A DNA stretch of 64,000 bases from Octopus sinensis (Eukaryota): the NCBI RefSeq assembly GCF_006345805.1, contig NC_043011.1, forward strand, positions 11,036,001 to 11,100,000, written 5' to 3'. Shown piece by piece: positions 26,596-38,841 of this stretch (position 1 is the stretch's first letter; each line of letters opens with the position of its first letter). The position numbers and the translations under genes were made by a program. The notes below the pieces were generated by a model. It did not search any database. It was given only the letters and a program-made list of their open reading frames with translations, and had not been told where the DNA came from.

Positions 26596-28060
26596 TCATC
26601 ATTATCATCATCATCCTTTAACGTCCACTTTCCATGCAAGCATGGGTTGGACGATTTGACTGAGGTCTGGCAAACCAGATGGCTGTGCCAGGTTCCAATC
26701 TGATCTAGCAGAGTTTCTACAGCTGGATGACCTTCCTAATGCCAACCACTCTGAGAGTATACTGGGTGCTTTTACGTGCAACCTGCACGAGGGCCAGTCT
26801 GGTGGTACTGGCAACTGCCATGCTCGAAATGGTGTTTTTTTTACGTGCCACCTGCACAGGAGTCGGTCCAGTGGCACTGGCAAAGACCTCGCTCGAATGT
26901 TTTGTTCACATGCCACCGGCACAAGTGCCAGTAAGGTGACGCTGGTAACAATCATGTTCAAATGGAGCTTTTTACGTGTCCACCGGCACGGAAGCCAGAC
27001 AGCTGCTCTGGCAGTGATCCCGCTTGGATGGAGCTGTTAGCGCTCCACTGGCACGGGTGCCAGTCATCGAATTTGGTTCAATTTTGATTTCACTTGCGCC
27101 AATAGGTCTTCGCAAGCAGAGTTTGGTGTCCAATAAAGGAAAGGTATGCATAAGTGGGCTGGCTACATCCCTGGTAAAGGCCACAGGTTATGGTCTCACA
27201 CACAGCATATTTCCAAAGGTCTCGATCACTAGTCATTGCCTCAGTGAGGCCTAATGTTCGAAGATCATGCTTCACCACCTCTTCCACAGGTTCCCTAAAC
27301 CACTAGGGCGTGGCACTTTTCCACACAGCAATCTTCATCCATTCTCGCCACATGACCATACCAGCACAATCGTCTCTCTTGAACACCACAACTGATGCTT
27401 CTTAGGGCCAGCTTTTCTCACAAGGTACTTACATTCTATCGAGTATGTACACTGACATTATACATCCATTGGAGCATACTGGCTTCATTCCTTGTGAGCT
27501 TACGCATATCCTCTGCAGTCATGGCCCATGTTTCATTGCCATGTAGCATAGCTGTTCGTACACATGCATCATACTGTCTGCCATTTACTCTGAGCAAGAG
27601 GCCCTTTGTCACCAGCAGAGGTAAGAGCTCTCTGAACTTTGCCCAGGCTATTCTTATTCTAGTAGTTACACTTTAAGCACACCCGCACCTGACTTGGTCA
27701 CCTAGGTAACGGAAGCTATCAACTACTTCTAGTTTTTCTCCCTGGAATGTGGCAGAAGTTGTTCTCTGCACATTTTCAGTGTTTATTGCTCCTGAGCACC
27801 TGCCACATACAAAAACTATCCTCCCAGTTTGCCTTCCTTTGACATTGCTGCACCTCTTATGTGTCCATAGCTTACACTGGGTACATCTTAGAGAGTTTCT
27901 ACCTACGCCTTTTCTACAGATCGAGCAGGGCCATCTACCTGAAGAGGTTTGTGGTTTGTCTACCTTCCTACTTATTAGGACTTTGGTTTTAGCTATGTTG
28001 ACTCTAAGGCCCTTCGATTCTAATCCTTGCTTCCACACCTGAAACTTCTCCTCTAGTTCT
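26596..28060 (-). mobile_element. 5'-truncated RTE LINE (post-RT region, PHD-like finger, 3' UTR, (GAT)n tail)
   Basis: ORFs 27673-28038 and 27090-27287 match the C-terminus of the long RTE. Confidence 0.9.
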
Positions 28061-28188
28061 TAATATTCTTAATCACATATTTTACAACATAGCATATAGC
28101 CTTATTGTTCACTACACAGCTGGAAATTGAGGAAAAACCTATTGGGGCTGCCTATCACTGTAACTAGGAAATAATGAAAAAGACTTAC

Positions 28189-28332
28189 CACTGGTATTAT
28201 AGCACTGGCAACATCAGGAAATTTAACGCTGCACTGATGCAGAGTACGCACCAGTAACTGTCGGTATTTCCCAGTATCTTCATACTCAACATTATTTGTC
28301 TTTACAACCTCTTTTTTCAAAATCAAAACCAT
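28189..28332 (-). CDS. COPB1: COPB1 coding exon 9 (144 nt): [48 protein letters not shown]
   Basis: Acceptor TTCCAG|, donor GTG|GTAAGT. Confidence 0.96.
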
Positions 28333-28924
28333 CTGGAACAGAAGAGAAATAATTTAGGTGAAAACATTTTTCAATTTTCTTGATGTAGATGTATTACAAA
28401 TAAAGTACCTTCTCTCTTTCCCTATATACATATGTGTAAGTGTGTGTGTGTGTGTGTGTGTGTACTATCATTTTATATTCACTGTCATTGCTGGCAAAAA
28501 ATGGAAAATTTATACTCTGTTTATCTCTTATTGATTATACTTGTGCCACACTAAGAGTTCTATTAATCAGATTATTGGTAAATAACTGAAATTCAGAATT
28601 ACCTAACAACAGTAGCAAATTCTGTGTCATTGGTGTCTATGATAATGGATTATTTCACTCTTTGCTGTCTGGGATTCTTCTAGCTCGTGTTCTACATAAT
28701 GTGCATTGATTCTTAATGAATCCTTTTAAGTGAACTATGTGTGTATATATACATATTTATATACATACACACACACATATATATATATATACATACATTT
28801 AACAGATGGGCTGTTTCACAACCACATGGTTTCAAATTCAGTTCCATTGCACCTTGGGCAACCTGTCTACTGCTATAGTCTAGAGTAACCAATTCCTTAT
28901 AAATGAATTTAGTACACGGAAACT

Positions 28925-28936
28925 ATACACACACAT

Positions 28937-28975
<39 letters not shown>

Positions 28976-28982
28976 AATAAAC

Positions 28983-29031
<49 letters not shown>

Positions 29032-29578
29032 CATATATATACACATATATATATATACATATATATACACATATATATATATACATATATATACACATAT
29101 ATATATATATACATATATATACACATATATATACACTATATATATATATACATATATATACACTATATATATATATATACATATATATACACATATATAT
29201 ATACATATATATACACATATATATATATACATATATATACACATATATATATATACATATATATACACATATATTATATATACATATATATACACATATA
29301 TATAATATATATATATACATATATATAATACATATATATACACATATATATATATACATATATATACACATATATATATACATATATATATACACATATA
29401 TATATATAATATATATACACATATATATATACATATATATACACATATATATATATACATATATATACACATATATATATATATATACATATATATACAC
29501 ATATATATATATACATATATATATACATATATATATATATACATATATATACACATATATATATATACATATATATAC

Positions 29579-29609
<31 letters not shown>

Positions 29610-29660
29610 CATATATACACACATATATATATATACACATATATACACATATATATACAT
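28925..29660. repeat. (TA)n/(CA)n compound microsatellite
   Basis: Direct inspection. Confidence 0.95.
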
Positions 29661-29661
29661 A

Positions 29662-31330
29662 CTAGCAGTATCGCCCGGCGTTGCTCGGGTTTGTTTCGAC
29701 CCGCTGGAATTGTAATTTTGAAAAGTAAAAATTTTGTGAACATTTTTCTGGTCGAAATACTCCGAAAAGTGGCGACAGCAGTGAAAAAATCGTAAAAAAT
29801 AGGGATTTTCATAGAAAAAAGCATCTTTTTGATGTAAATAATTTTTGGTGTTAACATGGTCCGATTTGAATTTTATGTTCTACGGAAGGAAGAGCAACCC
29901 TTCTTCTACCATACTCTCAATTTTGGTCAACTTGCGCCGCAGGGTCTCGGAGGAGATAGTGTTAGTTGAAGGTTACCATTCTAGGTGCCTGAGTAACAAC
30001 CTCGCGGATTTACAGATAAATGATTAATTACTATTTTACAGAATAAAATTAAATAATTCTTGAAAATTAATTAATATTAATATTTTTTGAACAAAGTAAA
30101 TAATTTTTAAAACTTAAATAATAATTTTTTTTACACAAACGCGAACGGGGAAAAGGGGGTGGCGAATTCGATTTACATACCTAAATTTTTTCTTTTTCAA
30201 GACATTGTAGCAAAATAGTAGTGAATTATATAAATACCAGCAGTACATTTTTTTTCTGGGGTATTTTTTTTCAACCTCGTCACATATTTGCCCCTTTCAA
30301 TTTAAACAAAGTCTTAATTAAGCAATTACGGCAGCTTAGCAATGGTTTCAATACAGGCGTGACATCTGTATCTCAATTGTTCAAAACCCTTCGAATTTTT
30401 TCGCACGTGATGATATCATAGTGAAAACTTTCAATTACGAGCGCTTAGAAGTACGCTCGCAAATTAATACTATCAAAATTTTGAAGTTCGCGCTCCGCTT
30501 GTGTGTGTGTGTGTGCGTGCTTTAGGTGTACGTAGGTATGTGTTTTTGTGTGTGTGTATCACTGAAGCCATACATACATATATACATACATAACCTCTCT
30601 CTCTCTTTTCTCTCTCAGTCACTCACTACAAAAAGTGAATAAAAAAAGTTCAGTTATTTCTGTCTTTCACTCTGTCTGTCTCTTTACACACACTAACAAA
30701 AGCACTTCACTTACACACCACACTTTCTGTGTCGCACAACCCATCAAACACACACACACACTCACACACACACACACACTCACGCACGCACACATGTACA
30801 TCAATGCTTTCGGAGTGAAATGTTAAAATATTGAGTTTTCTCGAATTTTGTCTTAATTGGGGGTGAAATTGAAAGAAATATATTATGGCATGACCGAATG
30901 GAGTACTTTGAAAAATCTTAGGTAAACTCTAATTGAAGAAATTGTGTGAGGAGTAAATCGTTATGTATTTATTTGTTTCTGTTTGCTGTGTTTTTTTATT
31001 TTTTGAGTAGTGGTTTAAATACTTTCAGTTTAGTCTTCCTCAAATCACTCTGTCGCTATTTACTTTCATTTTATTCGTTGCACACTGTGTGTGTGCGTAT
31101 GCGTGTGGTGTAAACCACATTAAGAAAAGCATTTGACATACACACCAGAATGTGAGTTTTCTGTAAATTTTGCTTAATTGGAGTTTAAATTTTAAAAACT
31201 GGACCTGGCATGACCCGATGCATTCTACTCTTAAAAATGCTAGGTAAATTGTAATTGAAGAAATCCTATATTGTAGATTTCTATAAGTTACAAAGGGAGG
31301 CAGATAAAATCTGCCTTTTATAATAAGAGA
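29662..31330 (-). mobile_element. 1.67-kb non-autonomous Helitron (copy 2), inverted near-identical twin of 23512-25200
   Basis: Same termini. The interior is the reverse complement with only scattered substitutions and microsatellite length differences; ORFs 24802-25014 and 29845-30027 are near-identical. Confidence 0.88.
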
Positions 31331-31451
31331 TATATATACACATATATATATACATATATATGTATACATATATATACATACATACAAATATACACACACA
31401 TATATATACACACACATATATATACACACACATATATATACACATATATAC

Positions 31452-31487
<36 letters not shown>

Positions 31488-31690
31488 GTATATACATACA
31501 TATATATACATATATATACACATACATATACATATATATACACATACATATACATATATATACACATATACATATATATACACATATACATACATACACA
31601 CACACATATATATATACACATATACACACACATATATACACATACACACACACATATATACACATACACACACACATATATATATATATG

Positions 31691-31722
<32 letters not shown>

Positions 31723-31738
31723 TAAACATATATATAAT
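31331..31738. repeat. (TA)n/(CA)n compound microsatellite
   Basis: Direct inspection. Confidence 0.95.
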
Positions 31739-32452
31739 CAAGGGCAAAAGAAAAAAATTCTAACGCCAAATATACAGGAAAAAGACAAATTGTCAATAAC
31801 CATATAATTTATCACTATAAATACATGTCTCGAAGTAAGCCGACAGAAATTCTAAAAAATTCCATTATTACTGTATCGGTCCCAATTTCAGAGTTAAGTC
31901 ATAAGAATCTTTTCCTCGTCAGCGATAAATATGTAAGACATAAATGAAATACTTACTCATACCCATGGAAGAAGCAAGCACTAAGTCATGAGCAGACCTA
32001 AGTACCCCAAATATATCCAAAATAGAAATTCTTCAGCACACCTCGAGACACATGCGATTTCGAACTGAAAACTCTCACAGAGTGAGAGAGTCCGGAAGGG
32101 AACACTATTAAATTTACATCTAATATAGGATAAGATTTTATCAATGGCCAGCATATTAAAAAATACCTTCAAAGGTTAAATTTATAAACAATTTATAAAC
32201 AAGGGCAAAAGAAAAAAATTCTAATGCCAAATATACCGAAAAAAGACAAATTGTCAATAACCATGGATATGAGTAAGTATTTCATTTATGTCTTACATAT
32301 TTATCGCTGACGAGGAGAAAATTCTTATGAATTAACTCTGTAATTGGGACCGATACTGTAATAACGGAATTTTTTAGAAATTTCTGTTGGCTTACTTCAA
32401 GACACGTATTTATAGTGATAAATTATATGGTTATTGACAATATATGTGAGTA
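31739..32452. repeat. Composite direct plus inverted repeat (A-B-C-A-B inverted), possible Penelope pLTR structure
   Basis: About 65-bp direct repeat (31739-31803, ~32200-32264) and about 180-bp inverted repeat (31789-31968 vs 32262-32452). Confidence 0.7.
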
Positions 32453-32545
32453 GGTACCAGATCAGGGAATACATCGGTATCTTATCCAGTAGAGGAGATT
32501 AATCTCTCATCTGTTTAATATCATAAAATAGGAACTAAGAATTAA

Positions 32546-32739
32546 CCCTTGAAAGCTACCTAAAACTGGGTGCCGTTAACTTTTATCATTATTCTTAAGC
32601 CAACACCAACCAACAAGTAAATCTCTATATAGTTTAACAACCAAAAAAGCAATTACACACTGAATGATGTAACCTTACATACACTATGTCATAGCAAGAT
32701 CATCTCTCATTAGGTTTGCTTAATCAGAGCTATCTAGGG
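32546..32739. mobile_element. Small piggyBac-like MITE
   Basis: TTAA|CCCTTGAAAGC ... GCTATCTAGGG|TTAA (imperfect TIR). Confidence 0.45.
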
Positions 32740-32975
32740 TTAAACAACAATATTTCTCCTGTTTGATGTTTTGTCCCTCAAAAGCCATTAAAGCCCTTTC
32801 AAATTAAAATAATAAAAATTGATATATATAATAAAATATGGCACAACTAATATGGCAGAGTGTTGGAGCCTAGCAGAGTGAAAATAAGACAAATATCTTG
32901 TGATAGATGTAGTGTAGCGATAGATGTAGTGTAGTGATAGATGTAATGTAGTGGAAGAGTTCAAACAAAACCTAC

Positions 32976-33083
32976 CTCTTCTATTGTCCTTGATGTGACA
33001 AGATCCAGTGCCAAGCTTAATGTTTTCTTTCTGACTTCAAGATCAGGAGCTGCTAATACACGCAGGATGTCCATTACCAATTC
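32976..33083 (-). CDS. COPB1: COPB1 coding exon 8 (108 nt): [36 protein letters not shown]
   Basis: Acceptor TTTTATAAG| (the less common AAG), donor GAG|GTAGGT. Confidence 0.94.
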
Positions 33084-33744
33084 CTTATAAAAGTAGGGAA
33101 TAAAAATGTTGATGTGTAGAGAGACAGTGAAAATGAGGTAAAGAGAGATCAATAAAAAAAAAAAGATGACAGATGTGAGTAGAGAGAATGAAAAGAGAAA
33201 AAGAGGTAACACTTTTATCAGTTTAATTGACATAATGATAATTAGCAATATTGTTACAGTGCCATAAATTTGATACACATGACCAATATTTATTTCATCA
33301 ACCGCTGAGAGACAAATATATAAAGTTGATCCAGGTAGGATTGGAAGTCAACATGTAGACTCCAAACCAAATTTTAATAAGTCATCACTGTCACTTTACT
33401 AAACTTTCATAAAACCAATTTTATTTAACCAGGCAACATGATAAATCTTTATGAAGACTGTTACAAAATAACCTGAATAATTTCTAGTAAACTACACACA
33501 GCATTTAAGTTTGGGAAGACAATGTGTTCCAAATTCTACAAACTTGTCTCACAACAATAATATAAAAGAGGAAGCTAGAAATAGCAGGTAAATCCCAGCC
33601 TTCTGCCTTATAAACAAATGAATAGTTGGATAATATACACCTAGGTTCACTATACCCTGTCTGAGTTAAAGATGGGATGGTCAAAGCTAGCATGGTTTTT
33701 GATTGCGGATCATCAGGGAGGAAGAAAAATTTATAGGAACTTAC

Positions 33745-33864
33745 CTGAAGAACTTTCTCGTGAGCAGGCACCTCTTTCAAAGCAATCAGCCTATCAAGGA
33801 CAATGAGCTTCACGTTGTTGTCACTCTCTTTGATGATCAACTCAATATAACAACTAGCAACAGC
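33745..33864 (-). CDS. COPB1: COPB1 coding exon 7 (120 nt): AVASCYIELIIKESDNNVKLIVLDRLIALKEVPAHEKVLQ
   Basis: Acceptor TTTGTTAG|, donor CAG|GTAAGT. Confidence 0.96.
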
Positions 33865-34161
33865 CTAACAAATAAACAGAAATAAATCAGTTGCATTATC
33901 ATCATCATCATCATCATTAACATTGACATAATCTGAAGACTGGGTCTTTGACATATCAACCTCTTCTAATTACTATGAAACTTAGTAAATTGAGATTGTT
34001 TACACCTCTCACTTGTAATGAAATTCCATCAGAAAAGACAAAAGGAAATAGATTGTGGAAACTTCAAACGTCGTTATAGAGAGAAAGTGAAGGGAAGGGA
34101 GGAAAGATAGAGATGGAAGAAGAAAGGATGATAACCATTAGAAAGAAAAACAAACACTTGT

Positions 34162-34349
34162 CAATTTTCACTCTCTTTGCCATAGCAACCACATCTTTAT
34201 AGCTTGCAAATTTTAACCATTGCAGGTCGGATCATCACCACGCATTTAGTACCCCTGCCAATTTTCAGCTCGATCCTAGCACGTCTAGTGCCATTGAATC
34301 CTTACCAAAGCCAAAGTGTCAAGTTTTTTTTCTCTTTTATATAGGTAGA
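34162..34349 (-). mobile_element. 5' fragment of the Helitron family seen at 15680
   Basis: Reverse complement of 15680-15865 including TCTACCTATATAAAAGAG; no 3' end. Confidence 0.7.
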
Positions 34350-35031
34350 TAACAATTAAAAGTCAACAAACCAGTGATTGAAACAGAGATAAATAGAATA
34401 TTACCTACTAATGAATTATGGATCATTTAGCGTATAATTTTTACTATAAAATTTAGTACAAAGGAAAATTAAGTTTTGACATTTCATGCCTTTATTACTA
34501 AACTGTACATTCTGTTTAAATTTATTTCCAATCAGGTTTCATAGTTACATTTATGTGAGGTCCCTTGTTTCTGTTGAATCAGATCCACAATAAAGTAGCT
34601 CTTAATTCTCATCAGATTATTGAAGTGAGACACCTCAAGTCTATTCCTTGATATGTTTTTAACTGAATTTATAAGACTGAATCTACATTCACACTGCCCA
34701 GAAAATTTATAAGCAGTCTTTTGCAGTCAGTAATATATGACAGTTTCACAAGACATTTATGTTTTCATGCTTTATGCATCACTTGTGATCCTAGTAAGAC
34801 TTTTAGCACACTAGTCAATTCTTTCTATTCAGGACTGAGATTTTGATCTCAAAACCAAGAACTAGATAATTTAGAAAATGCGACCACCAAGGTAAAAGTC
34901 ACTGAAATCAGTTATAGATATTTGATTAAACTATATTTTGCAAGTTCTCTTCAAATTTACCTACATTAAATGTGCTATCTTGTTTATTTTCTATCAAAAC
35001 TTATGTTGTACATATGCTAATGCACATGGTA

Positions 35032-35330
35032 GTCATCATCATCATCGTTTAACGTCCGTTTTCCGCGCTAGCACGGGTTGGACGGTTTCGACCGGGGTCT
35101 GGGAAGCCAGGGGCTGCCCCAGGCTCCAGTCTGGTAGTGTTTCTACAGCTGGATGCCCTTCCTAACGCCAACCACTCCGCGAGTGTAGTGGGTGCTTTTT
35201 ACGTGCCACCTGCACAGGTGCCAGAGGGGTCTGGCATCGGCCACGGTCGGTTGGTGCTTTTTATGTGCCACCTGCACAGAAGCCAGTCGGGGCAGTGCTG
35301 GCATCGGCCACGTTCGGATGGTGCTTTTTA
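35032..35330 (-). mobile_element. RTE 3' UTR fragment
   Basis: (CAT)n start, CACGTAAAAAGCACC motifs. Confidence 0.85.
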
Positions 35331-35593
35331 TGTGGGGGGGGGTGCAGAAATATAGGGGAGCACCAGTGGGGAGGGGTGTTCGGAGAAACGATGACAGGTT
35401 CTAGACAAGTAGAACGTAGGATATCACGAGAGGGGTAATGCATGGTGAAATAGCGTATTGAAGAGGGGGGTTCGAAGAGTAGACACCTATAATGGTGGTG
35501 GGAGAAGCGACATCCGGTATAGATGGAGCAAAAATATAGAGATATCCGGTATTGGTGGTGGGGGTGGGCAAGGGCGGGTGCACTGCGAATACG

Positions 35594-36500
35594 CGAAGGT
35601 TGATAGACGAGAGAGACGAGAGAGCGAGGACTTCGAGAAGTGAAAAAGGTTGATAGACGAGAGAGCGAGGACTTCGAGAAGTGAAAATAAGTTTTCAACT
35701 TATCTGTACTCAGGATATAGCTGCTAGGTGAATGAGAGAGCACGTGTGGGGTGGCCTTTTAAGTATAAGTTGACCGGAAGGGGAATTTTTGGACAAGGCG
35801 GAAGTGTACTAAAGAAACAGACTTCAAGATGGCGAAGGTTGATAGACGAGAGAGCGAGGGCTTCGAGAAGTGAAAAAGGTTGATAGACGAGAGAGCGAGG
35901 ACTTCGAGAAGTGAAAAAGGTTGATAGACGAGAGAGCGAGAACTTCGAGAAGTGAAAATAAGTTTTCAACTTATCTGTACTCAGGATATAGTTGCTAGGT
36001 GAATGAGAGAGCACGTGTGGGGTGGCCTTTTAAGTATAAGTTGACCGGAAGGGGAATTTTTGGACAAGGCGGAAGTGTACTAAAGAAACAGACTTCAAGA
36101 TGGCGAAGGTTGATAGACGAGAGAGCGAGGGCTTCGAGAAGTGAAAAAGGTTGATAGACGAGAGAGCGAGGACTTCGAGAAGTGAAAAAGGTTGATAGAC
36201 GAGAGAGCGAGGACTTCGAGAAGTGAAAATAAGTTTTCAAATTATCTGTACTCAGGATATAGCTGCTAGGTGAATGAGAGAGCACGTGTGGGGTGGCCTT
36301 TTAAGTATAAGTTGACCGGAAGGGGAATTTTTGGACAAGGCGGAAGTGTACTAAAGAAACAGACTTCAAGATGGCGAAGGTTGATAGACGAGAGAACGAG
36401 GACTTGAATGGGCAAAATTAATAAAGGAATATGCGAAGGTTGATAGACGAGAGAGCGAGGGCTTCGAGAAGTGAAAAAGGTTGATAGACGAGAGAGCGAG
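35594..36500. repeat. Higher-order tandem array: 271-bp units containing ~39-bp subrepeats
   Basis: GTGAAAATAAG recurs at 35681, 35952 and 36223; subrepeat GGTTGATAGACGAGAGAGCGAGGACTTCGAGAAGTGAAAAA. Confidence 0.92.
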
Positions 36501-36614
36501 AAAATATATTTTTTATATTAACTACATTCAAAGAAAACAAGAGGCTTCACCCAAATGCAACTAAGAAACCTGATTAAAAAGTTAATATGTCCTTGAAAAG
36601 GTAAATGGTCTCAC

Positions 36615-36752
36615 CTTGACTGCAGTAGGGGCACTTGATAGTGTCACAAGAGTTCCAGCTGCTTCATAGCGCACTGCAGGGCTTGATGAGTTCAATAAGT
36701 TATAGATACAACGTATGAAACGGGCCCGTTCTGAAGGATTGGCATGGCATAC
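36615..36752 (-). CDS. COPB1: COPB1 coding exon 6 (138 nt): [46 protein letters not shown]
   Basis: Not in the ORF track. Acceptor TTCAATAG|, donor AAG|GTGAGA; near-invariant beta-COP sequence. Confidence 0.96.
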
Positions 36753-36863
36753 CTATTGAAAATTAAGAACAAGCAAATGTTCAGTAATTAATAGAATTAT
36801 GTACTATTTAAGCTATATATACAAAACCTTTCATGAGAAATATCTTTCATTCATCCATCCATT

Positions 36864-37279
36864 GGATCTTTTCGGTTTGAACGGCAGTTTTTAATATAAT
36901 TTCTAGGTAACTAAAAAATTTTAAACTTCGTATACTGGTAGAATGTGTTTATAAAACATCTTTTTCTCTTGGCTTTATTGAGAAAATTCTATAGTTTGTA
37001 AGATATTTGTTGTTGTTTTTCTTCAAGTTCTGCAATTTCAACCAATCAATCACGTCTATTGAGGTAAAAAACATTCTGTGCCGTATGAATATGTCCCTCG
37101 TTTAAGAAACAGATTGGGTTTATTCACATTTGTGAAGAAAAAAAGATACCCTTCCCCCACCCCTAACCCTAACCCTAAAACAGATTGAAATGCAATAGAT
37201 CGATACTACGGTCATAATTATGGGTGACAATTTCATATGACACCGCTAGAAAAAACTGCCGTTCAAACCGAAAAGATCC
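36864..37279 (+). mobile_element. Complete GGATC-TIR MITE with 8-bp TSD
   Basis: 28-bp TIRs; TSD CATCCATT at 36856-36863 and 37280-37287. Confidence 0.9.
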
Positions 37280-37469
37280 CATCCATTTCCTAAGTGAGCC
37301 CTTTACCTTAACCTATGCCTTTGCACACCAGATGATATAACATTTTACCTCTTAAAATAGTGTTCAAATTTATCTATAAGCATATGTGCACTTAGAAAAT
37401 TTAATGCTTCGTTATTAGTTGGTTGATATCTATGACATAATAGTCACATGTCAGTACATGCCACAGCTT

Positions 37470-38290
37470 ACTGGGTGTTATTGTCGACAGTGATTTGTGT
37501 TGGACAAAACACATCGCTAAAATTGCCAAGAAGGCTGAGGATGTCTTGGCATCACTCACCAAGTCCTTTGTGAGCCGCTCTCCAGCTATCTATCTGCGGC
37601 TTTATATAGCTATGGTACAACCTCACCTGGAATCTCTATCTTGCTCAGGATATTAATCAACTTTGGCGTTAGGAAGGGCATCCAGCCGTAGAAACACTGC
37701 CAGATTTGACTGGGCCTGATGAGTCCTTCTGGCTTCACAGACCCCATTAGAACCGTCCAACCCATGCTAGCATGGAAAGCGGACGCTAAACGATGATGAT
37801 GATGATGATGATGATGAAGAGAATACCCTCCATCCCTGGGCATGGACATATTGAAACTCCGACGTCTGGCAACTGACTTGGCAGACACCCATAAAATTAT
37901 CAACCATCTTACAAACAATAACTCTGAGCACCTTTTCAAACTCCACTCGTCTAACACCCGTGGACATATTTACAAAGTCAGAAAACAGCACAGCTTCCAT
38001 GACTTTCAGAAACATTTTTTCACGCTAAGAGTTGCTGAAGCATGGAACAGACTGCTGGCATCATTTGTTAGTTGTCAGAGCACTGCATCCTTCAAAACTT
38101 CCATGCTTCCTGAGATTCGCCAACACTACACCTGAATTTCTCCCCTCCATACACACACAAGAATGTATTTGACTCATACATTGTTCGCTTTCCAGACATT
38201 TGTACATTACTGCATATGCTTTATACGCACTTTCTGACAAGTTGTGGTGTACCTGAGCACTGTATACAATAATTTCATTATTATTATTTA
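37470..38290 (+). mobile_element. CR1-type LINE 3' fragment interrupted by an RTE tail (37655-37815)
   Basis: LLGVIVDSDLCWTKHI and TRGHIYKVRK...FFTLRVAEAWNRL; (ATT)n tail. Confidence 0.8.
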
Positions 38291-38841
38291 AGTGTATCTC
38301 CCACTCCACATTCCCTACCTTAGCAGGAGGAAATTCATATATCAGTAGGTACACTTGTGAGAGGTAGAGATGTAGTTTCAGAAATGGTAGGTCCAGAGTT
38401 CCTCTCTATAGCTCCTTAATGTAACCAGACTATAACCAGACTTTAAGCATATTATGAAAGCCATTCCAGCCATGACCATCCATGATTTTAGGAGTATCTA
38501 TATTATTATGTAATCTTCACTTTTCTAAGTAGTGAGTATGATTTGAAGATTCAACAGTTATTTCTAGATCAAGCAGTGATACAGAGGCCCCCACATTAAT
38601 TCAGGCATAACAGTTCCTTTGTACACCTCCCTACATTAACAGAAGTCATTTATCGTAGGTGTGGGTATGTGGGGTTAGCGTTCCTCTCAACATCTATTTT
38701 ATCAGCAGGAGTGGCATCTATCAACATGCATGAACTGGAAAGAAAAGGCTAGCAGAGGAGTTACTATCATCTCCAAGCAGACTGTGACTGGTCTGATAAG
38801 GCCGTGATGTTTAGGTATTATTATTGTCATTATTACTTTAA

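Noticed and set aside
35594-36500. ~39-bp repeats resembling a CRISPR array
   Set aside because: The intervening sequences are identical between units rather than unique spacers, there are no cas genes, and the context is a eukaryotic intron.
37160-37180. (CCCTAA)n as an interstitial telomere or fusion scar
   Set aside because: Only 2-3 units, present at the same position in every copy of the MITE.
37716-37723. CTGATGAG as a hammerhead core
   Set aside because: No stem II or GAAA follows; it is a mutated version of GCCTGGTGCAG in the RTE tail.
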